Source: Vicugna vicugna
Taxonomy: Eukaryota
Length of the DNA stretch: 64,000 bases
Assembly (NCBI GenBank): GCA_013265495.1
Contig: MU058781.1
Span: 1,406,963 to 1,470,962 of the forward strand
Reading direction: 5' to 3'
The notes under the pieces were generated by a model. It worked only from the letters and a program-made list of their open reading frames with translations, did no database searches and had not been told where the DNA came from. Of this stretch, positions 10,843 through 24,433 are shown piece by piece. Both the position numbers and the translations under genes were made by a program. The first letter of the stretch is position 1. Every line of letters begins with the position of its first letter.

Positions 10843-12202
10843 CTGCTCGAGAGCGGCTGGGGTGGGGGTGCAAAGGAAAGGGGAACTCTCCAAACTGTTT
10901 TCCAGGGAAAATCGCTGGGACATGGAGTGTCCCTCCAGGCCGGGGAAAGACAGAGTGTAGCCCGCCCGCTGGCTCGGGGGTGTGACAGGGCAGTCCAGGC
11001 TGGGACTTCCGCCTGGCACAGCGCGGAATTGCTTCCTGGCTCTTCGGAATCTGCACATCTGCAGCTCTGCCACTCCAATGTCTACTTCTCCAGTGTTTTC
11101 AAAGACGTCCCAAAGTGCTCCCACTCCCAAATAGACGTGCAGAGAGGAAAAGGAGTGATTCTTGGAAACCTCGAGGTCCCTTTTGATCTCTTTCTCCTAT
11201 AGGGTCACTGCACAGCCCAAAGGATAATCTTCAGGGATTCCTAGCCAGTGGGGGAGGGTTTTGCTCCACTTAACACCCACGTGCTCCCTCTTGCACTTGT
11301 TCCTGGAGGGGGAGAAGTTAGGCCATGTGTGGTAGTACCCGCCAAACGGCCAGGAAATGGGGGAAAGACAGAAGTCTTGGGAATAATCCTGTGAGGACCC
11401 AGTCTCCTGGGTTATTATCTCCATCACTGTCCTGGCTGGTTTAGAATAAGGGGAGAGGCCCTTCAGGGAGCCAGACCCATTCGCAGCAGGGTACCTCTGG
11501 GGGTCCTCTGGGTGGCAGGCGCCTCTGCACCTCCTGCTGCCCTTCGAAGTGTGAAAAGAACAAGCTTCACCACCCTCACCCTCACGTGGCCTTTTCCCTT
11601 CAGTTGTCCACTGTGAAGACCTTCCTAGTCTTGGTCTTAGTAATTCAATTCTCGCTATAACCAGAGTTTGGATTTCAGCATGAGTGGTCCTGGACATTCA
11701 ATACTGCTCCCCCTGCCCCTCACTCTTACAGCCAACTGAGTGAGATTTCCCTGCAGCCAATATTAATGTAGTAGGTCAGCATTTGGCAAGTTTGGATACA
11801 AGTGCCTGTGATCCAGTTTGGATTTGGGACTCTCAGCCTCCATAACTCCAGCCTGAGAAGTCTCCAATCACCAACCCTGAGAAATCACTTTGGCTCTTAA
11901 TGGGATATATTGAGCCCCGATGGCTGAAGGGGCTACCATACAGGGCAGGCAGAATTATCAATGTTAAATTCTCACTGGCATTTTTAAGGCCTTGGAGGGG
12001 AACTGTTTCACCCTTTATCATTCCTGTACGGTCGATGAGAGCGGAGAGCCAATGTCATACCTGTGTCACTGGTGAGACAGCTGTAAGGTGAGGATCGGGA
12101 AGCTAGATCCAAAGCCAGCAAAATCACCAAGAGCAGGATGGGAGACAGTCCATGTCCCCAGTCCCCCGACAAAAGTTGTCTGGGGCAGTGAATGCCTTAG
12201 GG

Positions 12203-12377
12203 CAATGGTATTCAAACTTGGCTGTGTATTAGGATCACCTAAAAAGTTTTAATATCTTTGTGTCCACGTGGCACCCAAATCAATTGAATCAGAACTTCTG
12301 GGGGTGGGACCCAAGCATAAATATTTTTTAAACTATCCCAGGTGATTGCAAAGTGCAGCCAAATTTGAGAACAAATG
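12203..12377. mobile_element. MER5-family hAT-Charlie non-autonomous DNA transposon
   Basis: CAATGGTATTCAAACTT...TTTGAGAACAAATG termini, flanked by 8-bp CCTTAGGG and GCTTAGGG. Confidence 0.8.
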
Positions 12378-12385
12378 GCTTAGGG

Positions 12386-12572
12386 CGGTGGTTCTCAAAG
12401 TGAGGGCCGGGAACCAGCCTGATCAGCATCACCTAGGAACTTATTAGAAGTGCAAATTCTCAGAGCCACATTAGCTCTACTGATAACTGAATGTGCGGCC
12501 AGGCCAGGAGTATTGTAGCCAGCACCCCACCCCCCAGCGACGCCAGAGTAGTCTCAAATTGGAGAACCGCTG
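12386..12572. mobile_element. MER5A-like hAT-Charlie element (second of a tandem pair)
   Basis: CGGTGGTTCTCAAAGTG...TTGGAGAACCGCTG terminal inverted repeats, flanked by GCTTAGGG and GCCTAGGG. Confidence 0.85.
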
Positions 12573-12799
12573 GCCTAGGGAAATGTATACGCCTCCATTT
12601 GAGGCAGAGTTTGGGGACTAACTTTGTAATCTGCAGCCATTCTTCATCTTCCACCTTGTGAAAAACGTAAGACCCCAGCTTTGCTTGTGCAGTTTGGGGG
12701 GAAACAGGGCGTGTCTCAGCCCTAGGTATGGCGAGGTCGAAATCTCTCAAGCAACTTGCACTAGAATTAACCAACTTCAGAACAGGTTCAACATCAAGC

Positions 12800-13800
12800 C
12801 CCAAGCGCCTGCAAGCGCCCGGCGTCCCCCGCCTCTCTCAGCGGCGTCGGCTGTTTTCGCTGGATACAGGTTTAGAGCCACACCTGGGTTTTTCTTGGGG
12901 CCAGATGTAACTTTCACTCCACCTCTGAGCTCTGGGCTTCCTTTTCTTCCCAAGGCTTCCCGCCTCCACCCTTTCTCTCCCTGCTTCCGAACTCCTCGAA
13001 CACTCCTGCGCTTCTCAGCCTCACTCGCTCAGGCCACGTGCCTGGGAATGGTCCTCAGAATCTCAATTCCGAAAACCGCGAATCCTCCAGTCGCCGACTT
13101 TTTCCTGAATCGGGAGAAGGACATCTCCGCCCTCCGCTCCATCCTACCCGCAGACTCATCGGGTTGGGGTCTCCGATCACGTGCGCGCCCCGTCTCAGCG
13201 CCCTTCCCGACCCTCGCCTCGAGGGTAAGTTCGCAGTAGTTGGACCTTAAGGGGCTGGCCTGGCTGGGGAGCGGCTCCGGGGCAGTACTGGCCGCAAGCT
13301 CGCAGCCCGCGGGCGCGCCCGGCCTTCAGGGCTGCACTCGCCGCCGCTGTCCCTCCGGCCGTGAAATCTAGAGGAGGGTGTGTGCCCGGGTGGAGCCTGA
13401 TCACCTTTTGGGCTGCAGACCAGTGTGTCTCCTTGCAAACGGCGGCATTTGGGCAAGCAAGTGGGCTTCGCTGCGGGTTGGCGCGAGGGAACGCGCGGGG
13501 GCAGCGGGCGAGCCGCGCGCTCGGGCTCCCGCCGCCGCCGCCGCCACAGGGCGCTGTGGCGCCGAACCCCGGCGGGCCGGGGGCGGGGAGCCGATGGGGC
13601 TCGTCCCATTCGGAATTTAGCGGCCGGCGGAGACAGAGGGTCTCCTAAACTGATGCAAGTCTCCTGGGAGCCTGGGAAGGACGTCTCCAACTTTCTGCCG
13701 CGCAAACCTCGGCGGTCGCAAGGGCTATCCCGGCTCCCTCCGTGCAGGTCCTTGAAGTTCGCCCCATTCCATCGCCCGCTGCCCAGAGGGGTCCCGGGTG
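12800..13800. promoter_or_regulatory. Upstream CpG island
   Basis: GC/CpG-rich block with a (CCG)4 run; no recognisable coding exon. Confidence 0.7.
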
Positions 13801-16800
13801 GTGGACGGACTCAGACGAGGCTCTGCTTACTTTCAGTTTGTCTTAGTTGCCTAATGGCGGGACAGGCTGCAATTCGTGCTCTGAGATTTTCTCAAGGATC
13901 TGTCACTTTCGTGTAGAAATAGGAGATCAGGCCTTCCTTTAAAAAGCGGAGACCACTCGCTTTGCCTTTTCCGCCCTCCTAAAGGAGGCTCCCGAGGTTG
14001 TGCACTATGGGACCCGCAGACACCAGACGCCACTGCTTTTTCAAGCGACCGCAGACTTTAAAGGAGCAAATGTCGGTTGCCATTAAAACCTATCAGGCTT
14101 CCGTGTTTTCATGTTTTGTCATTTCTTAATGACGCAGCCTTACTGCTTTTGCACATGGTGCTGAAGGACCAGCACCGCGAGAAGGGGCTTTGCTCGGCGT
14201 GTTTTGAGGCTGTGCAAGGTTATTATCAAGTATCTCGAAATAACAGGCCAGCCTCCTCTGGATTTACAGTTACATAGTCAAAAATCAAAGATGCAAGTAC
14301 CTTGTTTCAAGGGTCTAGTGAGGGTTTGTTTGTTTTTTGTCATTGATCTTTTTCTTTTTAAATAAAATATTACTTAACACGGTTCTGGAATACTGGGGAG
14401 GCATTGTTTAAATGATGTGTTTTTCTGTACTTATTTCAACATTGCAAGTTGCATTCGACAGTTAAGTTGACAATTTAACAAGGCCAGATCAAACATATAA
14501 GGGGTTTTTTTTTTAAATTGACGTGGCACGTATCACTTCATCTGTTTCCAAATTCAAAATGTATTCTGAATCTTACAATGTAAATTATATGAACAGTCTT
14601 CCTAATTAGATCATTTCAGCTCCCACGTTGTGGGTATAAGAATTATACAATTTTCCTCTGAAGTGTGGTGCTGAGAAGAATGAAAAGGAAGTTTTTTCCT
14701 TGGGAAGTGATTGAAAACAAACACTAGAACCCGGTCATTTACCCACACACTTCCCTTTCTGACTTGACTCTCCCCTTTGACAATTACTAGTTAACATACC
14801 AAAGTGACAGGGTACTAAGTTAACTGCGGGCTTCAGTTTAAATATTTTATTTCTAACTTTGAAAAGCTAGTTTTCATTTGCCTCAGGAGCTTTTAAAGGT
14901 GAAGTTGTCCGGACACTTAGTTGAACAAAGACTCAGGAAACAATAGCATTGGACTGCTATCTGAATTTTTAAATTTCCAGTTATCTTAATTTTTTTAAAT
15001 TTTAAAACGACAGTTTGAATGACCCTCTCAAGTGTATTGCAGAAAGAATAAGTACCTAAAAACTGTTTCAATACATATGTTTCTCCTTTCATTGTTGGAG
15101 CACTCAAGCTACCAATGTATAAAATACATGTTAAGTAAAATATGTAAAAAAAAAAGACATACTAAGTTTATATATTCTTATTGCATTCAAATATTTATAC
15201 AAAAAAGACCCCAGGATATCGAAAGATTTTAAACATCCTTTTTTCTTTTTCTTACACTACTAGAAAGAGAAGCTCACAAAGCAAAAGTTCTTCAAACAAT
15301 GGGATTTCCTGGCCTTGGCAGTTCCTGTGTATCCCACTGCCGGCTCTAGAGAGGGGAGATCTGACTTGTGATGTTCAAAGGCAGCTGGGCTCACATTTCC
15401 CAAAGAGAGAGAACTCAGTATGCTTTCCACAGTTCTACCACGAGGAAGAAACCATAAGAATTACTCAATTTTAGAGCCATAGTGCTCTCATCATAATGCG
15501 GCTCACCGTAAATGTATGCAGTCTGAGCCCAGAAGAGGTGTCTCCTGAGCCCAGCACCACTCAGCATGTTAACAGCCAAGCGAGTCAGAACTAGGTTCCC
15601 AGGCTGTGTATGTGTGTGTGTGGCGGGGCGGGGCGGGGGTGGGGAGTCTCCCCACCACACTTGTTCTCTACTGAGTTAGTCCACGATACTGTGCCCTGGA
15701 ATGTGTTCAGAATTAAAGGCCTGATTTTTAATTATTTCATACCCTTTTGACTAAATGTTTGAAAATCCAAGCATCCGATCTGCTATAAAGGGGTTGAAGT
15801 TAAATATGACCTCTGAATCCATTGTTAACTGCAGGTAGGAAACAATCAACGGTGATTGAAATGACCTCCAAAGCCTTGATGCTGGAAGATGCTGGAGATA
15901 CGAGTCTTGGGTCTAATGGTGATGGTTTCCCCTGAATTAGCTCAGCCGCCACCGAAATCACAAGAAAGCCAGAAAATGTAAACGTCTAATCTGAACAGGC
16001 CTGCAGTTCCCTGTCTCTTGAACATTGTCTAGACACATGGCTGATATTTTATGGCACAAAATTCCAGTATAATAATTCCACTTTTAATAACAAGTGACGG
16101 TAGGAAAGAAGGAACAATCCTTAAGAAATCACTCTTTGGGAATTACCAGGACTGATAAGAAACAACTGATGGCAAGAAAGAAGACGTCAAATGAGTGGGA
16201 AAATTAAAAACAGAAGCAACCACCGAAAGAAAATGTTTTATTCATCAGTAATCATAACAAGGAAAATGGGTTATGCTAGTAGCTAAAGTAAATCGTCACC
16301 AGTAAGCGCTTCTGTACTTATTCCTGTCGGTGTGACACAAAATCTCAGTAACTTCTCTAAGGAAGGTGTGACTCTATTAATAAACACTCAGAAGACACAC
16401 TTTCTACTTATAAGAAGTGCTTTTCATAATCTCTTAGCAGTGGCGTATTTGGAAGCAAAACTGGATCATGGTGACGACCACCTCCTCTGAAATCCCCAAT
16501 ACCACATTGTAGCGTGTGGATCATAAGCAATCTTAATACCACCAAATACACAAACCTCCAAACTCCAACTATCCCATTTCCAAACATTTTCTGAATGTAT
16601 ATATACGGCCTGCACAAGTTCAAAGTGGAATTTTTGTTTTCCTAAACATTTGCTGCCCCCATGTGTCCCTTTAGAAAACTGAGTCTTCAGGCTAAATCAT
16701 GTTTAGATAGCAACTCCTATACGGTTTAGATACACAGAACTACAGTCAGAGAAACTCTCTAATTATCATAATCACCAAAGACAGGGCAGGAGAGAGGTAG

Positions 16801-17540
16801 AGAAGAGGTCTTACTTTTGCCAGACTTCTGATGTAATCTCTAGTAATTGCATAACTTCTCTCTGCCTCCGTCTCTTCTAATATTAAAATGGGTGGCAGGT
16901 TGGCAGGATGGAGAGAGTGTGGGAACCAGATTTTTCCTAAGATCCCATTTAATCTAGTATTTGGTCAGTCTCATTGAGGATGATAAAACAGAAGTAGGAA
17001 AGACTAGTTATCCCATTTCTGGCTAAGTAGTCAATTTGGAGGTGGGGCCAAAACTCAGGAATGAATTTCCTGTTTCATCATTGAAAGCCATTACCTTGGC
17101 CTTCTGTCATCTTGACAAACCTGCTTCTCAATGTCTGAGTAGCTCTGAGCCTAAGAGACAAGGAGGAATTCATTTTCTTTAATGGCCAGTGAGTGTGCCG
17201 TAACCTGCTTGTGACTTCAAAAGTGAAAATCATCTTCAGTGTTTATAATATGTATCAGTAACAGGTGCTTCTACAGCTCTGACTAGTTCTTAAATTTTCT
17301 CTGTAATGCCATGATCTGCCTAGCAAAGCCATTCTCGCCTTACTTCCTTGATAACAGAACTCCAGTTTTGTTCAGTTATCAGGCAACCCAACCACATGAC
17401 TCAAGAAGGGCTGGTACCTCCCTTACCCAAGGGGATGAATCTTGATTCATTTAAGAATTAGACTATTCACTGGTTCTCACCCCTCACTCTTTTCTTGTAT
17501 TCAGAAGACGTACTCCATCCATGTTTATTGTTACTATTTT

Positions 17541-18441
17541 AAAAATTATTATTGAGGTATAATTGACATACACTATTATATTACTTTCGGGTGTACAACA
17601 TAATGATTTGATATTTCTGTGTATTGTGAAATGATCCTCATGATAAGTCTAGTTAATATCATCACCATTCATAGTTACACATTGTTTTCTTGTGCTGAGA
17701 ACTTTTAAGATCTACTCTCTTATCAACTTTCAAAGATGCAATACAGTATCATTTAGTCACCATGCTGTGTATTACATCTCCAGGCCTTTTATTTTATAAC
17801 TGAAAGTTTGTACCTTCTGTCCCCCTCCACCCACTTCACCCACCCACCCCCACCACCTGCTCTGTTAACCACCAACCTCGTCTCTGTATCTGTGAGCTCA
17901 TTTTGTTTGTTTGTTTGTTTGTTTTTTAGATTCTACTTACAAGTGAGATCATATGGTATCTGTCTTTCTTTGTCTGGTGGCACTTAGCATAATGCCCTCA
18001 AGGTCCATCCAGGTTGATGCAAATGGCAAGATTTCCCTTTTTATGACTGAATAATATTCTATTTATAATAATAACTTAATAAATAAATAAATGACCAGTA
18101 TCAATTTTTAAATATCAAGTTTTCTTTATCCATTCACCAATAGATGGACACTTAGGTTATTTCCATATCTTGGCTGTTGTAAATAATGCTGTAATCAACA
18201 TGAGGGTGCATATATCTTTTCAAGTTAGTTTTTTAGATTTCTTTGAATGAATACCCAGAAATGGAATTGCTGAGTCATATGGTAGTTATAGTTTTAATTT
18301 TTTGAAGGACCTTCATACTGTTTTCCATAGTGGCTACACCAATTGACATTTCCACCAACAGTGTACAAGGGTTTTCTTTTCTCCACATTCTTGCCAGCAT
18401 GTGTTATTTCTTGTCTTTTTGATAATAGGTATTCTAGTTGG
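17541..18441 (-). mobile_element. L1 3' fragment (L1MA-type)
   Basis: TTATTGAGGTATAATTGACATAC..., ACAAGTGAGATCATATGGTATCTGTCTTTC, GATGGACACTTAGGTTATTTCCATATCTTGGC: reverse complement of the L1 3'UTR and ORF2 end. Confidence 0.92.
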
Positions 18442-18456
18442 TGAAGCCCTCTCTGT

Positions 18457-18600
18457 TCATCAGAATCTTCTGGGGCGCTCTATGAAAATACTGATGCCCA
18501 GGCCCACCTCCAAAGATTCTCATTCATTGGTCTACAGTTTGACGGTTTTTGAAAACTCCCCAAGTGATGTTTTTGTGCAGCCTTGGTTGAGAATCATTTA
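18457..18600. mobile_element. MER5-family fragment
   Basis: CATCAGAATC...GATGCCCAGGCCCACC...CTCCCCAAGTGAT...GGTTGAGAATCA. Confidence 0.7.
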
Positions 18601-19035
18601 TTGAAGCCATTTATGATCAGTCCACTTCCTTCTCTGGTGATTGATTTAGGACTAAGCACTTGATGCAATTTTCAGTCTTATAAGGAAAAATCTGATTAGG
18701 GATAGGGAATCTTGGGTAATTTTCCTTACTCTTAGAAAGGAACAGAAGTTAAGGTTATGTCCTTATCTTCTCTTCTAGATTTGGTTGTTACCGTGGGAGA
18801 CATAAAGGATGTGATATCTGGAACTGCTGCAGCCAGCTTGTGACCCTGAAGGCAGCTCCCACATGCAAGGTATAGCAGAATGGAAAGAAGGAAAGAATAA
18901 TAGGTCTTTGACCCTTTTTTTTTTTTAAGATGCTGTATTAATTGACTCTGTAACATCCTACCTCAGAACTTATTGGAGCATGTGAGTAAAAGGCATTTAG
19001 TTTAGCTGGACCCCAAATTGTCCTAACTAATACAC
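18600..19035. mobile_element. Old ERVL/MaLR-type LTR fragment (probably continues at ~17330-17470, split by the L1 and MER5)
   Basis: GATGTGATATCTGGAACTGCTGCAGCCAGCTTGTGACCCTGA motif and TCCTAACTAATACA terminus. Confidence 0.5.
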
Positions 19036-20094
19036 TGATAGTTCTGAAAAAAGTAGGCCTACATATTTTTAATTGGGTTCCTCAAACTATATTCTTGGAA
19101 CGTCTGGGATTCCATGGGGTTTTGCTAGTATTCCATAGGGATATTTTGTAAGTGGGATTTTGTATGGCTGTGTACGTTCATATAGTAAAATGTGTAAGGA
19201 TATAATTTTAGAACATCATTTCTTTCACTTCATTGGCAAACCAAAGCAGCACAATCATTTGTAAATATAAAACAAGGACTGGGGCAGAGATAACCTACAA
19301 GTGGGAATTTTATTATTTGACCTGGGTAGAATTAAACATAAAAAGGAAACAGATTTGTCCTACAATTCATACAACAATAATTCCTAAACTGTCATAGTAT
19401 GTACAATTGTTATTTTTGATCACACTCCATCATCTTCTGTGCCACCATTAGTGATATAAACTTTATTACTACTTGACTTAAACACATAAATCATTAAGAT
19501 TTTACCATCATATTAAGGTTTTCTGATTTTTTTTAACGATTATTTAGCTTTAGTGATCAAAATGCTTAAAAACTGTACTCAAATCTGGTTTTCTTTTAAA
19601 GAGGTGCTTCTGAGGTCTTCTTTATTATATTTAGCTTTTGTTATCATTTTCATCACTAACGTACGCATCACCACTTGATGTAACATGAAATCCTTTACCT
19701 TTTTCCTTTGTGTTTTATTCTTTGCACTTGTGAAACATTGATGCAATAGATATGCATTTAATGCACAGGATTCCAAGTCATACTCAGATTTATGAACCCT
19801 ACTTTGAATATCATATGCTAGTGCTAGACTATTAATATACTAGCATACTATGCCTGGTAAAGCAGCCTGATAAATGACTGTACCCTTAGGTGCTTGGAGG
19901 AACTTGACTCTAGTCTAGCATTCTTGTTATTACCACATGGGTCTTGCTATGTGAATTATATGCATGTGCACCCTCACTTGTGTGGGTATATATAAGGGAG
20001 TTTTGACTTTTAGTCTGATCACTAACTAAACTATTAACTATCACTACTATAAACTACTAACTGTTACAACACTAAACTTAAAAATTCACACCCC

Positions 20095-20580
20095 ATATAT
20101 ACAATGGAATATTACTTAGCCATAAAAAAGAAGAAAATCATGCCACTTGCAGCAACATGGATGGACCTACAGATTATTATATTAAGTGAAGTAAGCCAGA
20201 CAGAGAAAGACAAATATCATATGATATCACTTATATGTGGACTTTAAAAAAAAGATACACATTGTATTTACAAACCAAAAATAGACTCACAGACATAGAA
20301 AACTATGATTACCAAAAGAGAAAGGGCAGGGGAGGGATAAATTAGAAGTTTGGGATTAACAGATACACTATATTACTCTATATAAAATAGATAAACAACA
20401 AGGAGCTACCGGACAGCACAGGGAACTATGTTCAATTTCTTCTAATAACATATCATGGAAAAGAATCTGAAAAGAAAAAGAACATATATGTATGTATATG
20501 TATAACTGAATCACTTTGCTGTACACCTAAAACTAACATTGTATATTAACTGCACTTCAATAAAAAATAAGATTTAAAAA
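20095..20580 (+). mobile_element. L1 3' end (artiodactyl-type)
   Basis: TATACAATGGAATATTACTTAGCCATAAAAAAG...GCAACATGGATGGACCTA...TAACTGAATCACTTTGCTGTACACCT...AATAAAAAAT. Confidence 0.93.
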
Positions 20581-22254
20581 TTAACTGATGAATTAATTTA
20601 AAAAATTCAAATCCCAAAGGCAGGAAGGGCAACATTTCAGGTTAACTTAGGTGGATTTTCAAACATTTTCTCCATTACAGGTAGCCAAACAGCTAACCTA
20701 ATAGAAAACAAATTCATGTGTCCTCCTTACCTAAATACTAATAGTTCTGTTATTTGATTTCTTTCTGTGTACCAAGAAACCAGTGAAACTTACAGACATT
20801 ATTAGCAACTATCAGCAGGGTATGTGTTAAGAATCTTGGATCTGTGTCCTTAGAGCGGGATGCAGAGTGACAGGCGAGAGGTAATCACGTTCAGAGCCTC
20901 AGCGCAGTTTGGTGGAGAAGCGAAGCGCCAGGGAACCTATCCTTCATTACTGGGTTCCGTCACTTCTACAGTATTTCTCTAAAGTCAGTCCCCATTCCCA
21001 GGCTGTGTTCATTCTTTCTCAAAGCCACGTGATCCGTTTACATGTAATACACATATCCTTCTAAAAACTGCTACTGTAACAGGTAAGGCCATGCTCAGTC
21101 GACTGTGTTTTGGATTGCTGAGGGGGTTTTGAGTTGCACGGGATAAAGAAAAGAGACCCAGACCAGAACTGGAAGAATGGGATTCTGGTGTCAGCCTCAC
21201 CACAAGCCACCTGTACGTCCTTGGGCAAGCTGCTTCATGTCTCCAGGTCACACTTCCCAACTTGCAAACAGGAGTGTCTATCCGGTTATCTCTGAGGCGC
21301 CTTCCAGGTCTCAAATGCCCCTTGAGTCAGAGTCATGTATCTGTCAGATAAGTTCCAAAACAACACAGCCTAGAAACAGAGGTTCTAGAAATGAAACATA
21401 CAACTAAGAAACCTCAAGTCACAAGACCAGAAGACTTTGCCTAATGTATTTCATCACCTTCAGTGGAACCTAAGTGAGTAAACAATTTGGCACATCTGAG
21501 AGTCAATCCTATTTAAGATTCATCATTATTAGGCAAAACATTTTCATCGATTCATGTTTCACTCTGTACCTTAACTTATAAAATCCAGATAACTTCGGCC
21601 TGATATGGAGATAATGTGCCATTTTAATCACATTGTGGGCTTCACTGAAGAGAGCTATATAAACACATGCCAATAATATTCAGGGATATCATAAAAATTA
21701 TGACATTTCCTTAAGGCAACTGATTCATACAAGCCTATGAATGGATTATATACAATAATCTTTACAGGCAAGTCTGCTATTGTGTTTAAAGAAGAAAAGG
21801 ACTAGTTCTACAATGCTATTCATTGTCTACAAAATCCTCTAAGCATGGGAGAATATTGCATTTTAGTGTCTATACACACAAAAGTCAGATTAAAAAATAC
21901 ATTCATTTTAGTCATAGATTCCTGGGCCAGGAAGACAGCAAGGAGCTGACCCACCCTTCCTTTTGTCCTTCTACACTGTGATGGTAAAAATCAACAAATG
22001 TAGACACTACCCTATTTCCAATATCCCTGGAGATTTGATTGTTTTTCTTTATTCAGCTTATTGCAATGCTTGAGAATCTTCGATGTCCGATCACTTTTTA
22101 AAAATTTTCATCTAATCCTTCATATAGTAGTTTACATCTAATTTTTCTTCTTTTTCTCTGTGTGAGATGTAGACAGCTGCTGAATTGTCCTTGGCACAGT
22201 AACCTGTCTCATTCTTGGTAATTATCTTGAGGTGAGGCAAGGTTCTTTCCTTTA

Positions 22255-23230
22255 TTGCCCTTCCTACTTGTTTAGTGTCTTCCATGTGCCCTACACTGTT
22301 CTAGATCTGGGGGCTAGAACAGTGAAAATATAGGACAAAAATCTCTGCCCCTGTGGAGTTTCTATTCTAGAGGAAGGGAACAGACAATACACAAGTAAAA
22401 TACACAGTATGTTAGGTAATGGTATGGGATAAAGGGAAGTACAAATGAAGAGAGGGAGTTAGAAGGCCCTGGGGAACTGTGATTTATAACTCAGATGGGG
22501 ATGTCCCAAAGGATAAGGTGACTCACAAGTCCCTCAGCTCAAGAAAATATTCCAGGTAGAGAAATCAGCGAGTGCAAAAGCCCTGAGGCAGCGACATGAC
22601 TGGCCGATGCGGTTGGGGTAGGAGAGCAAAGGAAAGAGTGAAAACAGATCAGGCCAGAGAGAAACTGAGAAATGGTGGGGGCTGGGAGGATAGAGGTGCA
22701 CCTAGTGAAGGACCTCATGAGCCATTAGAAAGATTAGCTTCTCCTCTGAGGTAGACCACTGGGGGCGTTCAAGACAAAGAATGACGTGGTCTGACTCATA
22801 TTTTAACAAGATGCCTTGGCGGCTGTGTCACTGTTGGGGCACAAGCGTGGAGGCAGGAAAACCAGTTTGGAGGCTGTAGTAATTACCCGGAGCCTGGCTG
22901 AGATCACCTGGGAGTGCTTGCAGGTACGCAGAGAAGAGGCTCGAGACTCGAGCCCTGTGGTCCCCCAGTGTTCCGCGTCAAAAAGAGGCAGGGACACCAT
23001 CAAAACAGCTGAGAAAGGAACCACCAGAGAAGTAGGAGGAAAGCCACTGAGCGTGGACTCTGGAAGCCAAGTTTCCAGAAGAGGGAGTGAACCACTGAGT
23101 CAAGTCTGCTAATGGGATGAGCTCAGTGAAGACAGAAAGTGGCCCTGTGGCTGTAGCCGCGTGGAGGTCACTGTCTGTGGAACCAGCAGGGACGTCGCAG
23201 TCAGGGAGCCCTCCGGGTTTAGCCAGATTC
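22255..23230 (-). mobile_element. L2 LINE fragment
   Basis: ATGTGCCCTACACTGTTCTAG...CAAAAATCTCTGCCCCTGTGGAGTTTCTATTCTAG and GTGCAAAAGCCCTGAGGC, typical of the L2 3' region in reverse orientation. Confidence 0.75.
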
Positions 23231-23364
23231 ATTACATGAAAAGCCTGGATACTGTTAAGCAATCTGCTTATCCCTTTGGCCCGCAGTGCTCTCCTTGGTC
23301 CAACAAGTACCATAATTCCTACCTCAGGGTGGTGAGGACTTAAAGAGATAGTATTAGAGAAGCC

Positions 23365-23755
23365 TGTGAGTCAGCTCGGACTGCCATACAAAGTACCGCA
23401 GACTGGGCGACTTAAATAACACAGATGTACTTTCTCACACTCTGGAGGCTGGAAGTCCAAGACCGAGGTGCCATCAGGGTTGGTGTCTGGTGACACCTCT
23501 CTTCCTGGCTTACAGACTGCCACCTTCTTGCTCTGTCCTCACATGGCCTTTCCTCTGTGTGCCCTTGGAGAGAGAGAGATCTGTGGTGTCTCTTCCTCTT
23601 ACAGGAACACCACCCTGAGTAGGTTAGCCCCTCTTCCCATGACCTCATTTAACCTTAATTATCTCCCTAAAGGCCCCATCTCCAAACGCATCACCCTGGG
23701 AGGTAAGGGCTTCAGCGTATGAATTGGGAGGGGGGGTACAGTTCAGTCCATTACA
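23365..23755 (-). mobile_element. MLT1A-type MaLR solo LTR inserted into a MIR
   Basis: TG...CA termini, near-perfect 5-bp TSD AAGCC/AACCC, CTGGAGGCTGGAAGTCCAAGA and ATGACCTCATTTAACCTTAATTA motifs. MIR-like sequence continues on both sides. Confidence 0.9.
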
Positions 23756-23894
23756 AACCCCTGAGCACTTGATAGTGCCCAGAAATGTTCAGTAATACCA
23801 CAATGACTATATTATTGTTGTTTGTGTAATTACCACTTAAAGGATTTTCTTATTTTTATAATTTAAAGCATAATATATAATAACATATACATTC

Positions 23895-24322
23895 AACTTT
23901 TTAAATTGAAGTATAATTGATTTACAACATTATGTTTGTTTCAGGTGTACAACATAGTGATTCAATATTTTTACAGGTTATACTCCATTTAAAGTTATTA
24001 CAAAATAATGACTACATGTAATGTTGTACAATATATCCTGGTTGCTTATTTATTTTATACATAGTATTTTGTATCTCGTATTCCCCTACCCCTGTCTTGC
24101 CCCTCCCCTCTTCCTTCTCACCACTGGTGACCCCTGGTAGAGGTTTTCTGTATCTGTGAGCCTGTCTCTGTTTTGTTACATGCATTTGTTTTATTTTTGA
24201 GATTCCACATATAAGTGATAAGATGGAGTATTTGTGTCTTATTTCACTAAGCGTAGTTCCTTCTAGGTCCATCCACATTGTTGCAAATGAAGAATTTCAT
24301 TCTTTTTTATAGCTGAGTATAT
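23895..24322 (-). mobile_element. L1 3' end (artiodactyl-type)
   Basis: TTTAAATTGAAGTATAATTGATTTACAAC...GATTCCACATATAAGTGATA...TCTAGGTCCATCCAC. Confidence 0.9.
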
Positions 24323-24433
24323 ACATTCAAACTTCGTCTAGAAATTTAAAAAAATATATCTAACTTGCTTAACAAGTTTTAACGAACATCTTGAAAAGAA
24401 ACGTTCATTTTTTAAGAAGAAAGTTGGCTAATA

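Noticed and set aside
46..14033. Many 100-200 aa ORFs on both strands in the CpG-island domain
   Set aside because: Pro/Arg/Gly/Ala-rich, overlapping in several frames, with no recognisable domain. This is expected from stop-codon scarcity in GC-rich DNA; only the two TFAP2A exon peptides are recognisable.
14519..14528. TGACGTGGCA UPRE (XBP1/CREB3-type) motif
   Set aside because: A single isolated 10-mer with no supporting context; cannot be distinguished from chance without conservation data.
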